This document shows, in pieces, positions 19,520 to 29,364 of a stretch of DNA of 64,000 bases (its first letter is position 1; every line of letters starts with the position of its first letter). A program made the position numbers and the translations under genes. Below the pieces are notes generated by a model. That model was not told the origin of the DNA. It did not search any database and saw nothing but the letters and a program-made list of their open reading frames with translations. Origin of the DNA: Rickettsiales bacterium (GTDB lineage: Bacteria > Pseudomonadota > Alphaproteobacteria > Rs-D84); contig JAIRRC010000012.1 of assembly GCA_031256175.1 (NCBI GenBank), forward strand, positions 914 to 64,913. Direction: 5' to 3'.

Positions 19520-19816
19520 ATGGCGTTTTCAAAAGCAACATTAAAAAAATTCGCAAGCCTGGCGCGCATCCGCGTGTCGGAAGAAGAGCTTGATAATATG
19601 AACATAAGCGGGATAATCGACTGGATAGAAAAATTGCAGAAAATCGACACGTCGGGCGCGGCGCCCCTGCTGTCCCCGGTCGGGCATGACCTTCCGCTCC
19701 GCGACGACGCGGCGACCGACGGGAATTTGCGCGACGCGGTCTTGGCGAACGCGCCCGACGCCGCCGGCAAATCGCGCGGATATTTCGCGGTGCCCAAGAT
19801 GATGGAGGGCGAATAA
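19520..19816 (+). CDS. gatC: Glu/Asp-tRNA amidotransferase subunit C
   Basis: 98 aa, typical GatC N-terminus, directly upstream of gatA. Confidence 0.85.
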   Translation: MAFSKATLKKFASLARIRVSEEELDNMNISGIIDWIEKLQKIDTSGAAPLLSPVGHDLPLRDDAATDGNLRDAVLANAPDAAGKSRGYFAVPKMMEGE

Positions 19817-21268
19817 ATGGAACTGACCGACCTTACCCTTTGCGAAATAATGTCCTGCCTGGACCAAAAGGAATTTTCAAGCGTCGAACTGACCAAGGCT
19901 TATTTGGCGCGCATGGAAAAATTCAGGAGCGAAATAAACTGCTATATAACGGAAACGCCCGAGCGCGCCCTGGCGGACGCGGCCGCAAGCGACGCGCGCC
20001 GCGCCAAGAACCGGGCGTTATTGCTGGACGGAATTCCGATAGGGATGAAGGACCTGTTCTGCACGAAGGGAATCCGCACGACGGCGGCCAGCCGCATGCT
20101 TGAAAACTTCGTCCCGCAATACGAAAGCACCGTATCGCAAAAATTGGCGGACGCGGGGATGGTGCTTCTCGGCAAGCTGAACATGGACGAATTCGCGATG
20201 GGCGGAACAAGCAAGACGTCCTTCTTCGGCGCGCCGGTCAATCCTTGGAAACGCGAACTTAGACTAACCGCGGGCGGAAGCAGCGGCGGGTCGAGCGCCG
20301 CTGTCGCGGCCGGACTATGCGCGGCGGCCACGGGCACGGACACGGGCGGAAGCATAAGGTTCCCGGCGGCTATAACCGGGCTGGTCGGGCACAAGCCGAC
20401 TTACGGATTATGCTCGCGCTTCGGCTGCATCGCGTTCGCTAGCTCGCTCGATACCCCGGGAACCATAACCCGCACCGCGTCCGACGCCGGGTTCATGCTT
20501 AACGAGATGTCCGGCTTCGACCCGTTTGAGGCGACTTCGGAATCGCGGAAAGTGTTTCCGGAAAAACCAATCAAGAATCTTAGAATCGGAATCATAAAGG
20601 AATTCGGCGATATAAAAATCTCGGCCGACATGAAGGCGCTTTTCGAAAGGCGCGTCGCGGAATTGAAATCGCTCGGCTGCGAGGTCGTCGAAGTGTCCGT
20701 CCCGCTCGCGCTCGAGGCGTTGGCGGCGTATTATATAGTCGCGCCGGCCGAGGCTTCGTCGAATTTGGCGCGCTATGACGGCGTGCGATACGGATTCCGC
20801 GCGGACGCGGACAATATAATCGACATGTATGAGAAGACGCGCGCGGAGGGTTTCGGCACGGAAGTGAAGCGCCGCATAATCGTCGGCACCGCGGTTCTGT
20901 CCAGCGAATCATACGAGAAATATTTCATGCAGGCCGCCCGCGTCCGGCGCCTGCTTTCCGATTCGATGGACGCGGCGTTCGAAAAATGCGATTTGATTCT
21001 GACGCCGGCTTCGGCCGACGCGGCGTTTCCGCTTTCGGAAGATTTGGCGCCCCTGTCCGCATACGCGCTCGATGTGTTCACGATTCTGGCGAATCTTACG
21101 GGAATGCCCGCGACAAGCGTTCCCGCCGGGCTGAACGCCGCCGGATTGCCGCTTGGGATACAGATAATCGGCAAACGATTCGACGATTGGAACTGCCTTA
21201 TGCTGGCGCGGGAAATCGAAAAAATCACGGGCTTTTCATTTAGGCCCGGCGAAATAACGGGGGCCTGA
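19817..21268 (+). CDS. gatA: Glu/Asp-tRNA amidotransferase subunit A (amidase)
   Basis: Amidase signature GGSSGGSSAAVAAG. 483 aa. Confidence 0.95.
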   Translation: MELTDLTLCEIMSCLDQKEFSSVELTKAYLARMEKFRSEINCYITETPERALADAAASDARRAKNRALLLDGIPIGMKDLFCTKGIRTTAASRMLENFVPQYESTVSQKLADAGMVLLGKLNMDEFAMGGTSKTSFFGAPVNPWKRELRLTAGGSSGGSSAAVAAGLCAAATGTDTGGSIRFPAAITGLVGHKPTYGLCSRFGCIAFASSLDTPGTITRTASDAGFMLNEMSGFDPFEATSESRKVFPEKPIKNLRIGIIKEFGDIKISADMKALFERRVAELKSLGCEVVEVSVPLALEALAAYYIVAPAEASSNLARYDGVRYGFRADADNIIDMYEKTRAEGFGTEVKRRIIVGTAVLSSESYEKYFMQAARVRRLLSDSMDAAFEKCDLILTPASADAAFPLSEDLAPLSAYALDVFTILANLTGMPATSVPAGLNAAGLPLGIQIIGKRFDDWNCLMLAREIEKITGFSFRPGEITGA

Positions 21269-21269
21269 C

Positions 21270-22697
21270 ATGTTCGCGATAAACGGATGGGAAATCGTAG
21301 TCGGGCTTGAAACGCATATGGAAGTCCTGTCGCATTCGAAGCTGTTTTCGGGCGCGTCGGCGGATTACAATCCGCAGATTCCGGCGAATACCCAGGTGTC
21401 GTTCATAGACGCCGCGATGCCCGGAATGCTTCCGGTGCCGAACAGGTTCTGCGTCATGCAGGCGATTAAAATGGGGCTTGGGATAAACGCCGAAATAAAC
21501 AAGAAATCGGTCTTCGCGCGCAAGCAGTATTTCTATCCCGACCTGCCCGCGGGCTACCAGATTTCGCAGACGATTCCGGTCGTGGGCAACGGCTATCTCG
21601 ACATCCTGGACGATGAAGGAAACACCAAAAGAATCAGAATCGAACGCATTCATCTGGAACAGGACGCGGGGAAAAACCTGCACGACAGGAATCCTTCGAA
21701 ATCGTTCGTGGACCTTAACCGCGCGGGCGTGGCGCTGATGGAAATCGTGTCGTTTCCCGACATAAGCTCGCCTGCCGAGGCGGCGAATTATCTGAAAGGA
21801 TTGCAGGCAATCGCGCGGGCCCTCGGGACTTCGAACGGCAATATGGACGAGGGAAGCATGCGCGCCGACGTCAATGTGTCCGTCAGAAAAATCGGCGAAA
21901 AGGAATTCCGCACAAGGTGCGAAATAAAAAACATGACCAGCTTCCGCTTCATACAAACGGCGATAGAATTCGAGGCGAAGCGCCAGATTGCAATTTATGA
22001 AGCGGGCGGTTCGGTTGACCAGGAAACCCGCCGGTTTTCCGCGGACACCGGCGAAACATCGACTTTGCGCAGCAAGGAAAACGCGCTGGATTACAGATAT
22101 TTTCCGGACCCGGATTTATTGCCCTTGATTATAACGGACGAAGAAATAGAAAGCGCGCGAAGGGATATGCCCGAACTTCCGGCCGAGAAAAAAGCGCGCT
22201 TCATCAAGGAATTTTCGCTGCCCGAATACGACGCGGAATTGCTTACCGAAAAGCCAGAAACTTCCGCATGGTTCGAAGCGGCGGTCGCGGGAAAAGCCGC
22301 GCGCGCGAAACCCGTCGCGAACTGGATGATTTCGGAACTCTTCGCCCACCCCGGGCATAATATAAAGCCCGAAGATTTGGCGCGGCTTGTCGATTTGATT
22401 TCAGACGGGACCATCAGCGGCAAAATCGCGAAGGACGTTTTCGCCATAATGCTTGAATCCGGCGGAAATCCGGCCCAAATCGTGGAATCGCGCGGCCTGG
22501 AACAGATGACCGACACGGGCGCCATAGAAAAAATAATCGATGAAGTAATCGCGGCGAATCCCGAACAAGCGGCGCTTTACAGGGGCGGCAAGACGGGCGT
22601 CATGGGCTGGCTTGTCGGACAAGTCATGAAACAGACCGGCGGGCGCGCGAATCCGGCGGCGCTTAACAAACTCATGGCGGAAAAACTGGCCTCATGA
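21270..22697 (+). CDS. gatB: Glu/Asp-tRNA amidotransferase subunit B
   Basis: 475 aa with a GatB/YqeY C-terminal domain. Confidence 0.95.
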   Translation: MFAINGWEIVVGLETHMEVLSHSKLFSGASADYNPQIPANTQVSFIDAAMPGMLPVPNRFCVMQAIKMGLGINAEINKKSVFARKQYFYPDLPAGYQISQTIPVVGNGYLDILDDEGNTKRIRIERIHLEQDAGKNLHDRNPSKSFVDLNRAGVALMEIVSFPDISSPAEAANYLKGLQAIARALGTSNGNMDEGSMRADVNVSVRKIGEKEFRTRCEIKNMTSFRFIQTAIEFEAKRQIAIYEAGGSVDQETRRFSADTGETSTLRSKENALDYRYFPDPDLLPLIITDEEIESARRDMPELPAEKKARFIKEFSLPEYDAELLTEKPETSAWFEAAVAGKAARAKPVANWMISELFAHPGHNIKPEDLARLVDLISDGTISGKIAKDVFAIMLESGGNPAQIVESRGLEQMTDTGAIEKIIDEVIAANPEQAALYRGGKTGVMGWLVGQVMKQTGGRANPAALNKLMAEKLAS

Positions 22698-23959
22698 AGT
22701 TTTTCATGCGAACCTTCGGCTGCCAGATGAACGTCTATGACGGCCAGAGAATCGCAAGCCTTCTCGAAAAATCAGGATACGCCGAAACATCCGAAATCCC
22801 GGAAGCCGACGTCATAATAATAAACACCTGCGCGGTGCGCGAAAAGGCGTCGGAAAAAATATTCTCGCTTTTGGGAAAAATTTCGAAAACGAAAAAGGCG
22901 GGCGCGCTGCTCGGCATAGTCGGCTGCGTCGCGCGGGCCGAGGGCGCAAACGCGTTCCGCCGCATAAAGGGCCTGAACTTCGCGCTCGGGCCGCAGTCGT
23001 ATCACAAGCTGCCCGAAGTATTGCGCGAATCGAAATATATGGACGTAGATTTGTCCGGCCTGGAAAAATTCGACGCGCTGCCGACGAACACGCGCAGCAC
23101 CGCAATCGCATACGTGCCCGTTCAGGAAGGCTGTTCGCATTGCTGCACCTATTGCATAGTGCCCTTCACGCGCGGGCCGGAAGTGTCGCGCGATATGGAT
23201 TCGGTCATGTTCGAGGCCCTCGCCGCCGCGGCGCGCGGCGCGGTCGAAATATGCTTCCTTGGCCAGAACGTGAACGGATACAAGCCGGGCTTGGCCGAAC
23301 TTATCCGCCGCGCGGCGAAGATAGAGGGGGTCCGGCGCATAAGATACACTTCGTCCTATCCGACCGAAATGACGGACGATTTAATCGCGCTTCACGGGAC
23401 GGAAGAAAAATTACTGCCCTTCGTGAATATGCCGCTTCAATCTGGTTCGCTCGAAATTCTGAAACGCATGAACCGGCCTTATGACATCGAACAATACCTC
23501 GGCGTTATGGAAAAGTTCAAAGCCGCGCGGCCGGACATAAAAATTTCAAGCGACTTCATAGTGGGATTTCCGGGCGAAACCGAAAAAGATTTCGAAATGA
23601 CGATGGAAATAGTGCGCCGGTGCGGCTTCATAAATTCCTATCCTTTCAAATATTCCCCGCGCCCGCGCACCGCCGCGGCCCTTATGGACGGCCAGGTCGC
23701 CGAAGACGTGAAATCGCGGCGCCTTGAAGAGCTGGACAATCTTCTTAATGAAAACAACCGGGAATTCAACGAAAGTCTGGTCGGGCGCACTTTGACGTGT
23801 CTGGTCGGCGAGGCGGGAAAAAAATCCGGCCAGGTTATAGCGCGCACGCCTTGGACGCAGCAGGTTGTCCTTGACGGCGCCGGCGCGCTCATGGGAAAAT
23901 TGGTCGACATCAAAATAACTTCCGGAAACAAAAGCAGTCTGCGGGGCGAAATCAAATGA
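22694..23959 (+). CDS. miaB: Radical-SAM methylthiotransferase of the MiaB/RimO family (MTTase, radical SAM and TRAM domains)
   Basis: N-terminal MTTase domain (FGCQMN), radical SAM motif CSHCCTYC, and a C-terminal TRAM region. Its position ahead of ybeY-lnt matches the conserved miaB neighbourhood. Confidence 0.65.
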   Translation: MKFFMRTFGCQMNVYDGQRIASLLEKSGYAETSEIPEADVIIINTCAVREKASEKIFSLLGKISKTKKAGALLGIVGCVARAEGANAFRRIKGLNFALGPQSYHKLPEVLRESKYMDVDLSGLEKFDALPTNTRSTAIAYVPVQEGCSHCCTYCIVPFTRGPEVSRDMDSVMFEALAAAARGAVEICFLGQNVNGYKPGLAELIRRAAKIEGVRRIRYTSSYPTEMTDDLIALHGTEEKLLPFVNMPLQSGSLEILKRMNRPYDIEQYLGVMEKFKAARPDIKISSDFIVGFPGETEKDFEMTMEIVRRCGFINSYPFKYSPRPRTAAALMDGQVAEDVKSRRLEELDNLLNENNREFNESLVGRTLTCLVGEAGKKSGQVIARTPWTQQVVLDGAGALMGKLVDIKITSGNKSSLRGEIK

Positions 23960-25746
23960 CGAAAGTTCTTGTTCAAATCCACGACAAAAGATGGAACGGC
24001 GTCAAGCTGGACTATGAAAAAATCATAAATTCCGCTTTGAAAAACAATGCCGAGGTTTCGGTTCTTCTTACGGACGACAAGGAAATCCGCGCGCTTAACA
24101 AGAAATACCGGAACATCGACAAGCCCACCAACGTCCTTTCGTTCGAAACCGGCGACCCCGAGATAATGGGCGACATAGTCCTGTCGTTCGACACGATTCT
24201 GCGCGAATCCGATGAAAAAAAATTCGCGGCGCACGCGACGCATATGCTTGTCCATGGCGCGCTACACTTGGCCGGATACGACCATATAAAGGATTCCGAC
24301 GCCATCATAATGGAATCGCGCGAGGCGAAAATTCTGCGGAAAATAAGATGGGGAAAATGGGTCCGGCGCGCGGCGCTTTTCGCGCTTGGCGGTTTGGCGA
24401 CACTCGGCTTCGCGCCGCATTATTTCTGGTTCATGACCATCTTCGCCATCGGCCTGGCGTATAAGACGGCGCGCGGATACAAGGACGGGTTCTTCTTCGG
24501 CGCGGGATACGCCGCGTTCGCCCTAAGCTGGATGATAAATTCATTCTTCGTGGACGAAGCGGCCGCCGCGATTTTCGGATTTTTGGCGCCGGTCGCCTTA
24601 ATCGGACTTGCAATCGGCGGCGGAATCATATTCGGCCTGCCATTCGCGCTTACGGCCGCGACAAAAGATTACAGCTGGCGAAGGCCGTTTTATTTCGCCG
24701 CGTTCTCTGCGCTCGTCCTTTGGCTGCGCGGCTGGCTTTTCAGCGGATTCCCATGGAATCCCCTTGCCGGAATATTGTTGGAATACGAATCCGCCGCGAA
24801 CATGACTGGCGTCATAGGGGTCGTCGGAACAAGTTTCTTAATCGCCGGAATTTCCGCCGCGATTTTTTCAAAAAAACTAATTCCGATTTTATTTTTCACC
24901 TTGATATTCGCGGCGCTTTCGGTCGTCGGATTCGGAAGGACGATGTCCTATATACCGCTGGCGCCGACCGGAAAGACGGCGCGAATTGTCCAGCCCGCCA
25001 TAGCGCAAGCCTTCAAATCCGACCGCGCAATGGCCGAAGAAAATTTGAAAATCGTCTTGAAATTATCCGACCTGCCGGGCGAATTCGACTTCATAGTATG
25101 GCCGGAAAGCGCGTATCCATATCTTGTGAACGAATTCCAGCGGCTGGATTTTTCCTTCGAAAAACCCCTTGTATTCGGCGGCCTGCGCCGCGGCGCGTCC
25201 GGCTATTACAATTCGATGTTCGTTTTGGAGAACGGAAAAATAACGGCCGTCTACGACAAGCGCCACCTGGTTCCGTTCGGCGAATACAGCCCGCTTGGAC
25301 CGCTTGTGCCGGTGCCCGGGACATTCATGTTCGGCGATGAAAACCAAGGCGCCATGGGCGGTTTCGCGCCGTCTATCTGCTACGAGATAATTTTCCCGGA
25401 TACGGCGGGCGCGGCCGCGGCGGACTTTATAATAAACATTACGAACGACGGATGGTTCGGCAAGTCCAAGGGGCCGCACCAGCACCTTGCGATGGCGCGG
25501 CTGCGCGCAATCGAATCGGGCCTTCCGGTAATCCGCGCGAATTATTCGGGCATATCGGCGGTCATCAATCCGCTGGGCGAAATAACGGCGCGGCTTCCGA
25601 TAGGCGAGCGCGGAATCATAGACGCGCCGGTGCCGCCAAAAATGGAATCAAGCGCGCCGTCGCCGAACGCCGCGATTATAACAATACTGCTTATGGCCGC
25701 CGCGATTCGTTTAACAAGAAGACGCGCAAAGCCGAAGAGAGATTAG
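23956..25746 (+). CDS. ybeY-lnt: In-frame fusion of endoribonuclease YbeY with apolipoprotein N-acyltransferase Lnt
   Basis: The N-terminal ~125 aa carry the YbeY Zn-site motif HGALHLAGYDH. They continue without a stop into multi-TM segments and a CN-hydrolase domain with the Lnt catalytic E/K/C (WPESAYP, YDKRHLVPFGEY, SICYEIIF). Confidence 0.8.
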   Translation: MTKVLVQIHDKRWNGVKLDYEKIINSALKNNAEVSVLLTDDKEIRALNKKYRNIDKPTNVLSFETGDPEIMGDIVLSFDTILRESDEKKFAAHATHMLVHGALHLAGYDHIKDSDAIIMESREAKILRKIRWGKWVRRAALFALGGLATLGFAPHYFWFMTIFAIGLAYKTARGYKDGFFFGAGYAAFALSWMINSFFVDEAAAAIFGFLAPVALIGLAIGGGIIFGLPFALTAATKDYSWRRPFYFAAFSALVLWLRGWLFSGFPWNPLAGILLEYESAANMTGVIGVVGTSFLIAGISAAIFSKKLIPILFFTLIFAALSVVGFGRTMSYIPLAPTGKTARIVQPAIAQAFKSDRAMAEENLKIVLKLSDLPGEFDFIVWPESAYPYLVNEFQRLDFSFEKPLVFGGLRRGASGYYNSMFVLENGKITAVYDKRHLVPFGEYSPLGPLVPVPGTFMFGDENQGAMGGFAPSICYEIIFPDTAGAAAADFIINITNDGWFGKSKGPHQHLAMARLRAIESGLPVIRANYSGISAVINPLGEITARLPIGERGIIDAPVPPKMESSAPSPNAAIITILLMAAAIRLTRRRAKPKRD

Positions 25747-25894
25747 TTTTCCTGCCTTCGTCGATACCGGCCACAAGCTTCGCGACGGAAATTTTCCTTT
25801 GCCCCGCGGCGGCGCGAAGGGCTTCCCAGAATTCGGGTTCAAGGCTGAATGAAGTCTGATGGCCTTTTATAGAGACCGAATATTTTTTCATCAC
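25691..25894 (-). CDS. Ribbon-helix-helix (Arc/MetJ-like) small DNA-binding protein
   Basis: YSVSIKGHQTSFSLEPEFWEALRAAAGQRKISVAKLVAGIDE matches the RHH beta-strand plus two-helix pattern. Last gene of the four-gene operon. Confidence 0.5.
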   Translation of the reverse strand: MMKKYSVSIKGHQTSFSLEPEFWEALRAAAGQRKISVAKLVAGIDEGRKTNLSSALRVFLLNESRRP

Positions 25895-26313
25895 ATCGCA
25901 CCGACAAGCAGGCAGTCGCGAATCGCGGCAAGCGCGTCGTCATAAGCTTTCACCGGCCGCATGGTGTAGAAATCGAGCAGCGAATATTTCAAGTCTTCGC
26001 CCACAACCAGCAGGAACAGGCCGTTGCGGCCGAATATGGTTTTCTTCGCAAGCTGTGGCGTGTTCGAAAAATCGCCGTTCGTCTCCATAAGCGTCCTGGC
26101 GCGCGTCTTGCCCACGGCCGCCGGAAGAAGGCCGAAAATTTCCGCGTCGCCCAAAACCATGCCGCCCGCATTCTCGTAGAATTCGACCAGGCCGCGCGGC
26201 ATCATGATTTTGCCGCTTGCCTGCAAGGCGGCCTGGGTCCGCACGATTTCGCCAGCCGCGCGCGGCAGGAAAACCGCGCCGTATTTTTTAAGCTCTGTCA
26301 GGAATTCGTTCAT
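25891..26313 (-). CDS. Hypothetical protein, possibly SMI1/KNR4 (SUKH)-like
   Basis: The motif MPRGLVEFYENAGG resembles the SUKH LPxxYxxFLxxxNGG signature. 140 aa. ATGA overlap with the downstream RHH gene. Confidence 0.3.
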   Translation of the reverse strand: MNEFLTELKKYGAVFLPRAAGEIVRTQAALQASGKIMMPRGLVEFYENAGGMVLGDAEIFGLLPAAVGKTRARTLMETNGDFSNTPQLAKKTIFGRNGLFLLVVGEDLKYSLLDFYTMRPVKAYDDALAAIRDCLLVGAM

Positions 26314-26317
26314 TCGA

Positions 26318-26836
26318 TTACTCCCTGCTTCCGCTTATCGCGCTCATGACGTCGCTTGCCAGGACGTCGGACATGCGGTCGCTTGTCGCGTTTCCGCCCG
26401 GCGAATTCATGGACGACATGGACGTTAGATAAATCGGTTTTTTCGGATTCGGATAGAAGAATTTTTCCGCGCCGGCCTGGGCCGCTATGAAAACGTCTAT
26501 TGCGCGGCCTTCGCTTGCGGCGCGGCAGACGAACATATTGTCCGGCGAAATCGCGCCGCCGAAAATCGGCGGAACGCGGAATTTCACGGAAACATTTGCC
26601 GGAATCCTTTCGCCTTTAAGCATGGCCATGATGTCGTCCATCGGCAGGTCCATCATCATAAGCTCGTCCCTGTAATCCTGGATGATATTCGTCAGAAGCG
26701 CGCGCCGCGCGGCGCGGTATGCCGCGAACCAGTCGCGCGGCAAGGGGCGCGGGCGGGCGTCGACATCCGCCACCGGCAAATCCGACAATCCCATCGAAGC
26801 CAAAATCCGTTCCGCGTCCGCCTGCGATTTCATCAT
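26318..26836 (-). CDS. Hypothetical protein (172 aa), no recognisable domain
   Basis: Start trimmed to MMKSQADAERIL, which overlaps (ATGA) the stop of the upstream membrane-protein gene. The upstream 48 codons of the tracked ORF lie inside that gene. Confidence 0.4.
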   Translation of the reverse strand: MMKSQADAERILASMGLSDLPVADVDARPRPLPRDWFAAYRAARRALLTNIIQDYRDELMMMDLPMDDIMAMLKGERIPANVSVKFRVPPIFGGAISPDNMFVCRAASEGRAIDVFIAAQAGAEKFFYPNPKKPIYLTSMSSMNSPGGNATSDRMSDVLASDVMSAISGSRE

Positions 26837-27834
26837 TTCTTGTCCCCGCCGTAATACCAAAGAATCGTGTCCATATATTCCACGAAGGATTCGTTCTTCG
26901 GAAGCTTTTCGATTTCGCGCGCGAAGGCTGTCAGCTCGGGCACGCCATGGTTCATGACCTTGACGCCGAGGGCCGCCCATATGCTGGAAAGCTTTTCGTA
27001 ATTTTCGATGTTGCCGTCGGCCATGACGACGAAGGGAACGATTTTTATCTGCATTCCGGCGTCGAGGGTTTCGGCGAACAGGGCTTGCAAAGCCTCGACC
27101 GCGGAATAGATTTCGGAAACCGGCGACTTGAATCCGCCGTCTATGTCGGAAGACCAGATATTCTTTCCGCCCTCGTGCGCCATGACGCGGCCGTGCGCGC
27201 CGCAGACTATTCCTATGTATAATTCCTCGCCATTCAGGGCCCAGACGTCGAGCTGAACGCCTTCGATTTTCGGCGCCTTGCCGATGGTGAATCCGGCGGA
27301 TTCCAGCTCGCGCAGGACTTCGGGCGCGGCGTTCGATTTTATTTCCTCGTCCGTGTTGGCGGGCGCCGGGGTGGGCGACAGGACAGGTTGATAAGTCGGA
27401 ACCGCGGGCGGCGTCGCCGGGCGATACATGGGCTGGGCAAGCGGCGCCATTCTGCGCGGCCTTTCCAAGGCGGTGGCGGCGGCCGAAATTTCCACCGGCT
27501 TTATGTCGAGCACGGGCGAAGCCGCGGGCGAAGCGACAAGCAACGGCATATAATTATCGGCGGGCGCATTCGCTTTCGCGAATCGAATCCGGCGGCGCGG
27601 GCGAACAAGCGCGAACCATACGACCGCTACGGAATAGACCGCGAAAAACAGCATCGCGATATAAAAGCCCCCGGCAATCGCCTGTCCGTCCAGCTGCATG
27701 TCCATGAAATACCGCCAGTGCGCGACCGACAGAATATTGAAGCCGAACGCAAGGTTCGCATAGGCGGAAAATCCCATGACGCCTATGGTCTGCAAAAATG
27801 CGAATTCGAGAAATTTCCGAAGGGATTTCATCAT
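26833..27834 (-). CDS. Membrane protein with a Pro/Ala-rich linker and a C-terminal domain showing weak NERD (PD-(D/E)xK-like) similarity
   Basis: Three predicted N-terminal TM helices. The C-terminal LDVWALNGEELYIGIVCG...NIWS...SPVSEIY...IKIVPFVVMAD follows the NERD pattern, but the catalytic E/K positions appear substituted. Confidence 0.45.
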   Translation of the reverse strand: MMKSLRKFLEFAFLQTIGVMGFSAYANLAFGFNILSVAHWRYFMDMQLDGQAIAGGFYIAMLFFAVYSVAVVWFALVRPRRRIRFAKANAPADNYMPLLVASPAASPVLDIKPVEISAAATALERPRRMAPLAQPMYRPATPPAVPTYQPVLSPTPAPANTDEEIKSNAAPEVLRELESAGFTIGKAPKIEGVQLDVWALNGEELYIGIVCGAHGRVMAHEGGKNIWSSDIDGGFKSPVSEIYSAVEALQALFAETLDAGMQIKIVPFVVMADGNIENYEKLSSIWAALGVKVMNHGVPELTAFAREIEKLPKNESFVEYMDTILWYYGGDKK

Positions 27835-27877
27835 AAAGCAATTATAGCAAAAACGCCCGCGATATGCTAGAATAAGT

Positions 27878-28585
27878 TTGATGGAACAAATGGACTTTCA
27901 AAGCACTTTGTCGGAAATAAGGCCGCACCTGGACCTTTGCTGCTGGAACGCGCCCGACGCATCGGCGCTGATACAGGCGGCGGCGCTGGCCGCGCAGTTC
28001 GAGTTGCGGCGCATTTCGGTCGACGCTTCGTCCGTCGCCAGCGTGTGGAGCTGGCTGGAAAAATCGCGCGTCGCGCTTTCGGCGATGGTCGCGTGGAATT
28101 CGGACAAGGCGGACGCGGCCGCATTGGCGCGCGATATAACGGCGCCATTGAAGCGCGGCGCGGACAGCGTGCAATTATTCGTCAGATGGAAGGATTTGCC
28201 GAAAGCGGCCGAGGCGCTCCGCGAAATAAAATCCGAAATTTTCTTCGACAAGAAATTGTCCGTCGCGCTATCCCTGGACGAAGCGCCATACGACGGCTGG
28301 CCGGCCGCGTTCGATTGCATGGACGATTTGGCCGCGGACAATATAATGCTTATCGCGAAGAATATAAAAACCGCGGGCCAGAAATATTACAGCTTTTTGG
28401 ACGCGCTGGACGCGCCGCGGAAATGGGGGATAGAGGTCTGCGTCGCGTCGGACGCGGTGAAGCCTTTGGAAGACCTTTACCGGCTTACGAACAAAATGCT
28501 TCCGGACGGGATGAATAATCTGCGCATGATAGTCCGGCCGGAATTCATGAAAAATTTTCAGGCGGTGGAACATGAGGATTTATAG
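27878..28585 (+). CDS. Hypothetical protein, possibly a DeoC-like TIM-barrel aldolase-family fold
   Basis: Weak pattern similarity to deoxyribose-phosphate aldolase (alternating beta/alpha segments; IAKNIKTAG near the expected Schiff-base Lys). Low confidence. Confidence 0.3.
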   Translation: MMEQMDFQSTLSEIRPHLDLCCWNAPDASALIQAAALAAQFELRRISVDASSVASVWSWLEKSRVALSAMVAWNSDKADAAALARDITAPLKRGADSVQLFVRWKDLPKAAEALREIKSEIFFDKKLSVALSLDEAPYDGWPAAFDCMDDLAADNIMLIAKNIKTAGQKYYSFLDALDAPRKWGIEVCVASDAVKPLEDLYRLTNKMLPDGMNNLRMIVRPEFMKNFQAVEHEDL

Positions 28586-29360
28586 CATATCGGCTTGCCT
28601 AATCGCCGGCATATCGGCCGAGGCGCCCAAACTTTGCGGCGTCGCGGAACAAGGCGGAATACTATACGGCGAATCGGAAACCCACAGCGTCTATTTTAAC
28701 GGCGAAAACGTGTCGAAGGACGGCGTCTTCGTAATTGGCCTGGCCATGGACGCGCCGGAAAAAGTGTCGCTTAAATTCTGCCCCTCGGGATTCTTCAAAT
28801 CGTGCGAAACATTCGAATATAAAGTCGCGCAAAGGCAGTGGCAGGAACAGCATGTGAAAGTCGCGGACAAATTCATAAACTATCCGAAGGAAACGGCGGA
28901 CAGGATAGCGCGCGAGCGGAAAGTCATAAAGAAAGCGCGAAGCGGCTGGACGGACGGGCTGGCCTTCATGGACATGAAGCCTCCGCTTTCACCCGAACAA
29001 TTCAAGATTTCAAGCGTCTATGGAAGCCGCCGCGTGTTCAACGGAACGCCGAAAAATCCGCATAACGGAATCGATTTCGCCGCGCCTGCCGGAACGCCGG
29101 TGGCGGCTGCGGCGCCCGGCGTCGTGGTGCTTGCCGCAAATTTGTATATGACCGGGAACACGATATTCATCGACCATGGGAACCGGATTTTTTCGGCCTA
29201 TTTCCATTTAAGGAAACTGGACGTCGGCGCGGGCGACGAAGTGTCGGCGGGCACGATTATCGGCGAAGTCGGCAGCACCGGGCGGTCGTCCGGCGCGCAT
29301 CTGCACCTTTCGATTTACTGGGCCGGCACCGCCCTGGACCCCGCGTTTTTCATCGAATGA
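28572..29360 (+). CDS. M23 family (LytM-type) metallopeptidase
   Basis: HxxxD motif region NPHNGIDFAAPAGTPV and HxH motif SGAHLHLSIY. Signal peptide present. Confidence 0.8.
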   Translation: MRIYSISACLIAGISAEAPKLCGVAEQGGILYGESETHSVYFNGENVSKDGVFVIGLAMDAPEKVSLKFCPSGFFKSCETFEYKVAQRQWQEQHVKVADKFINYPKETADRIARERKVIKKARSGWTDGLAFMDMKPPLSPEQFKISSVYGSRRVFNGTPKNPHNGIDFAAPAGTPVAAAAPGVVVLAANLYMTGNTIFIDHGNRIFSAYFHLRKLDVGAGDEVSAGTIIGEVGSTGRSSGAHLHLSIYWAGTALDPAFFIE

Positions 29361-29364
29361 TTTT

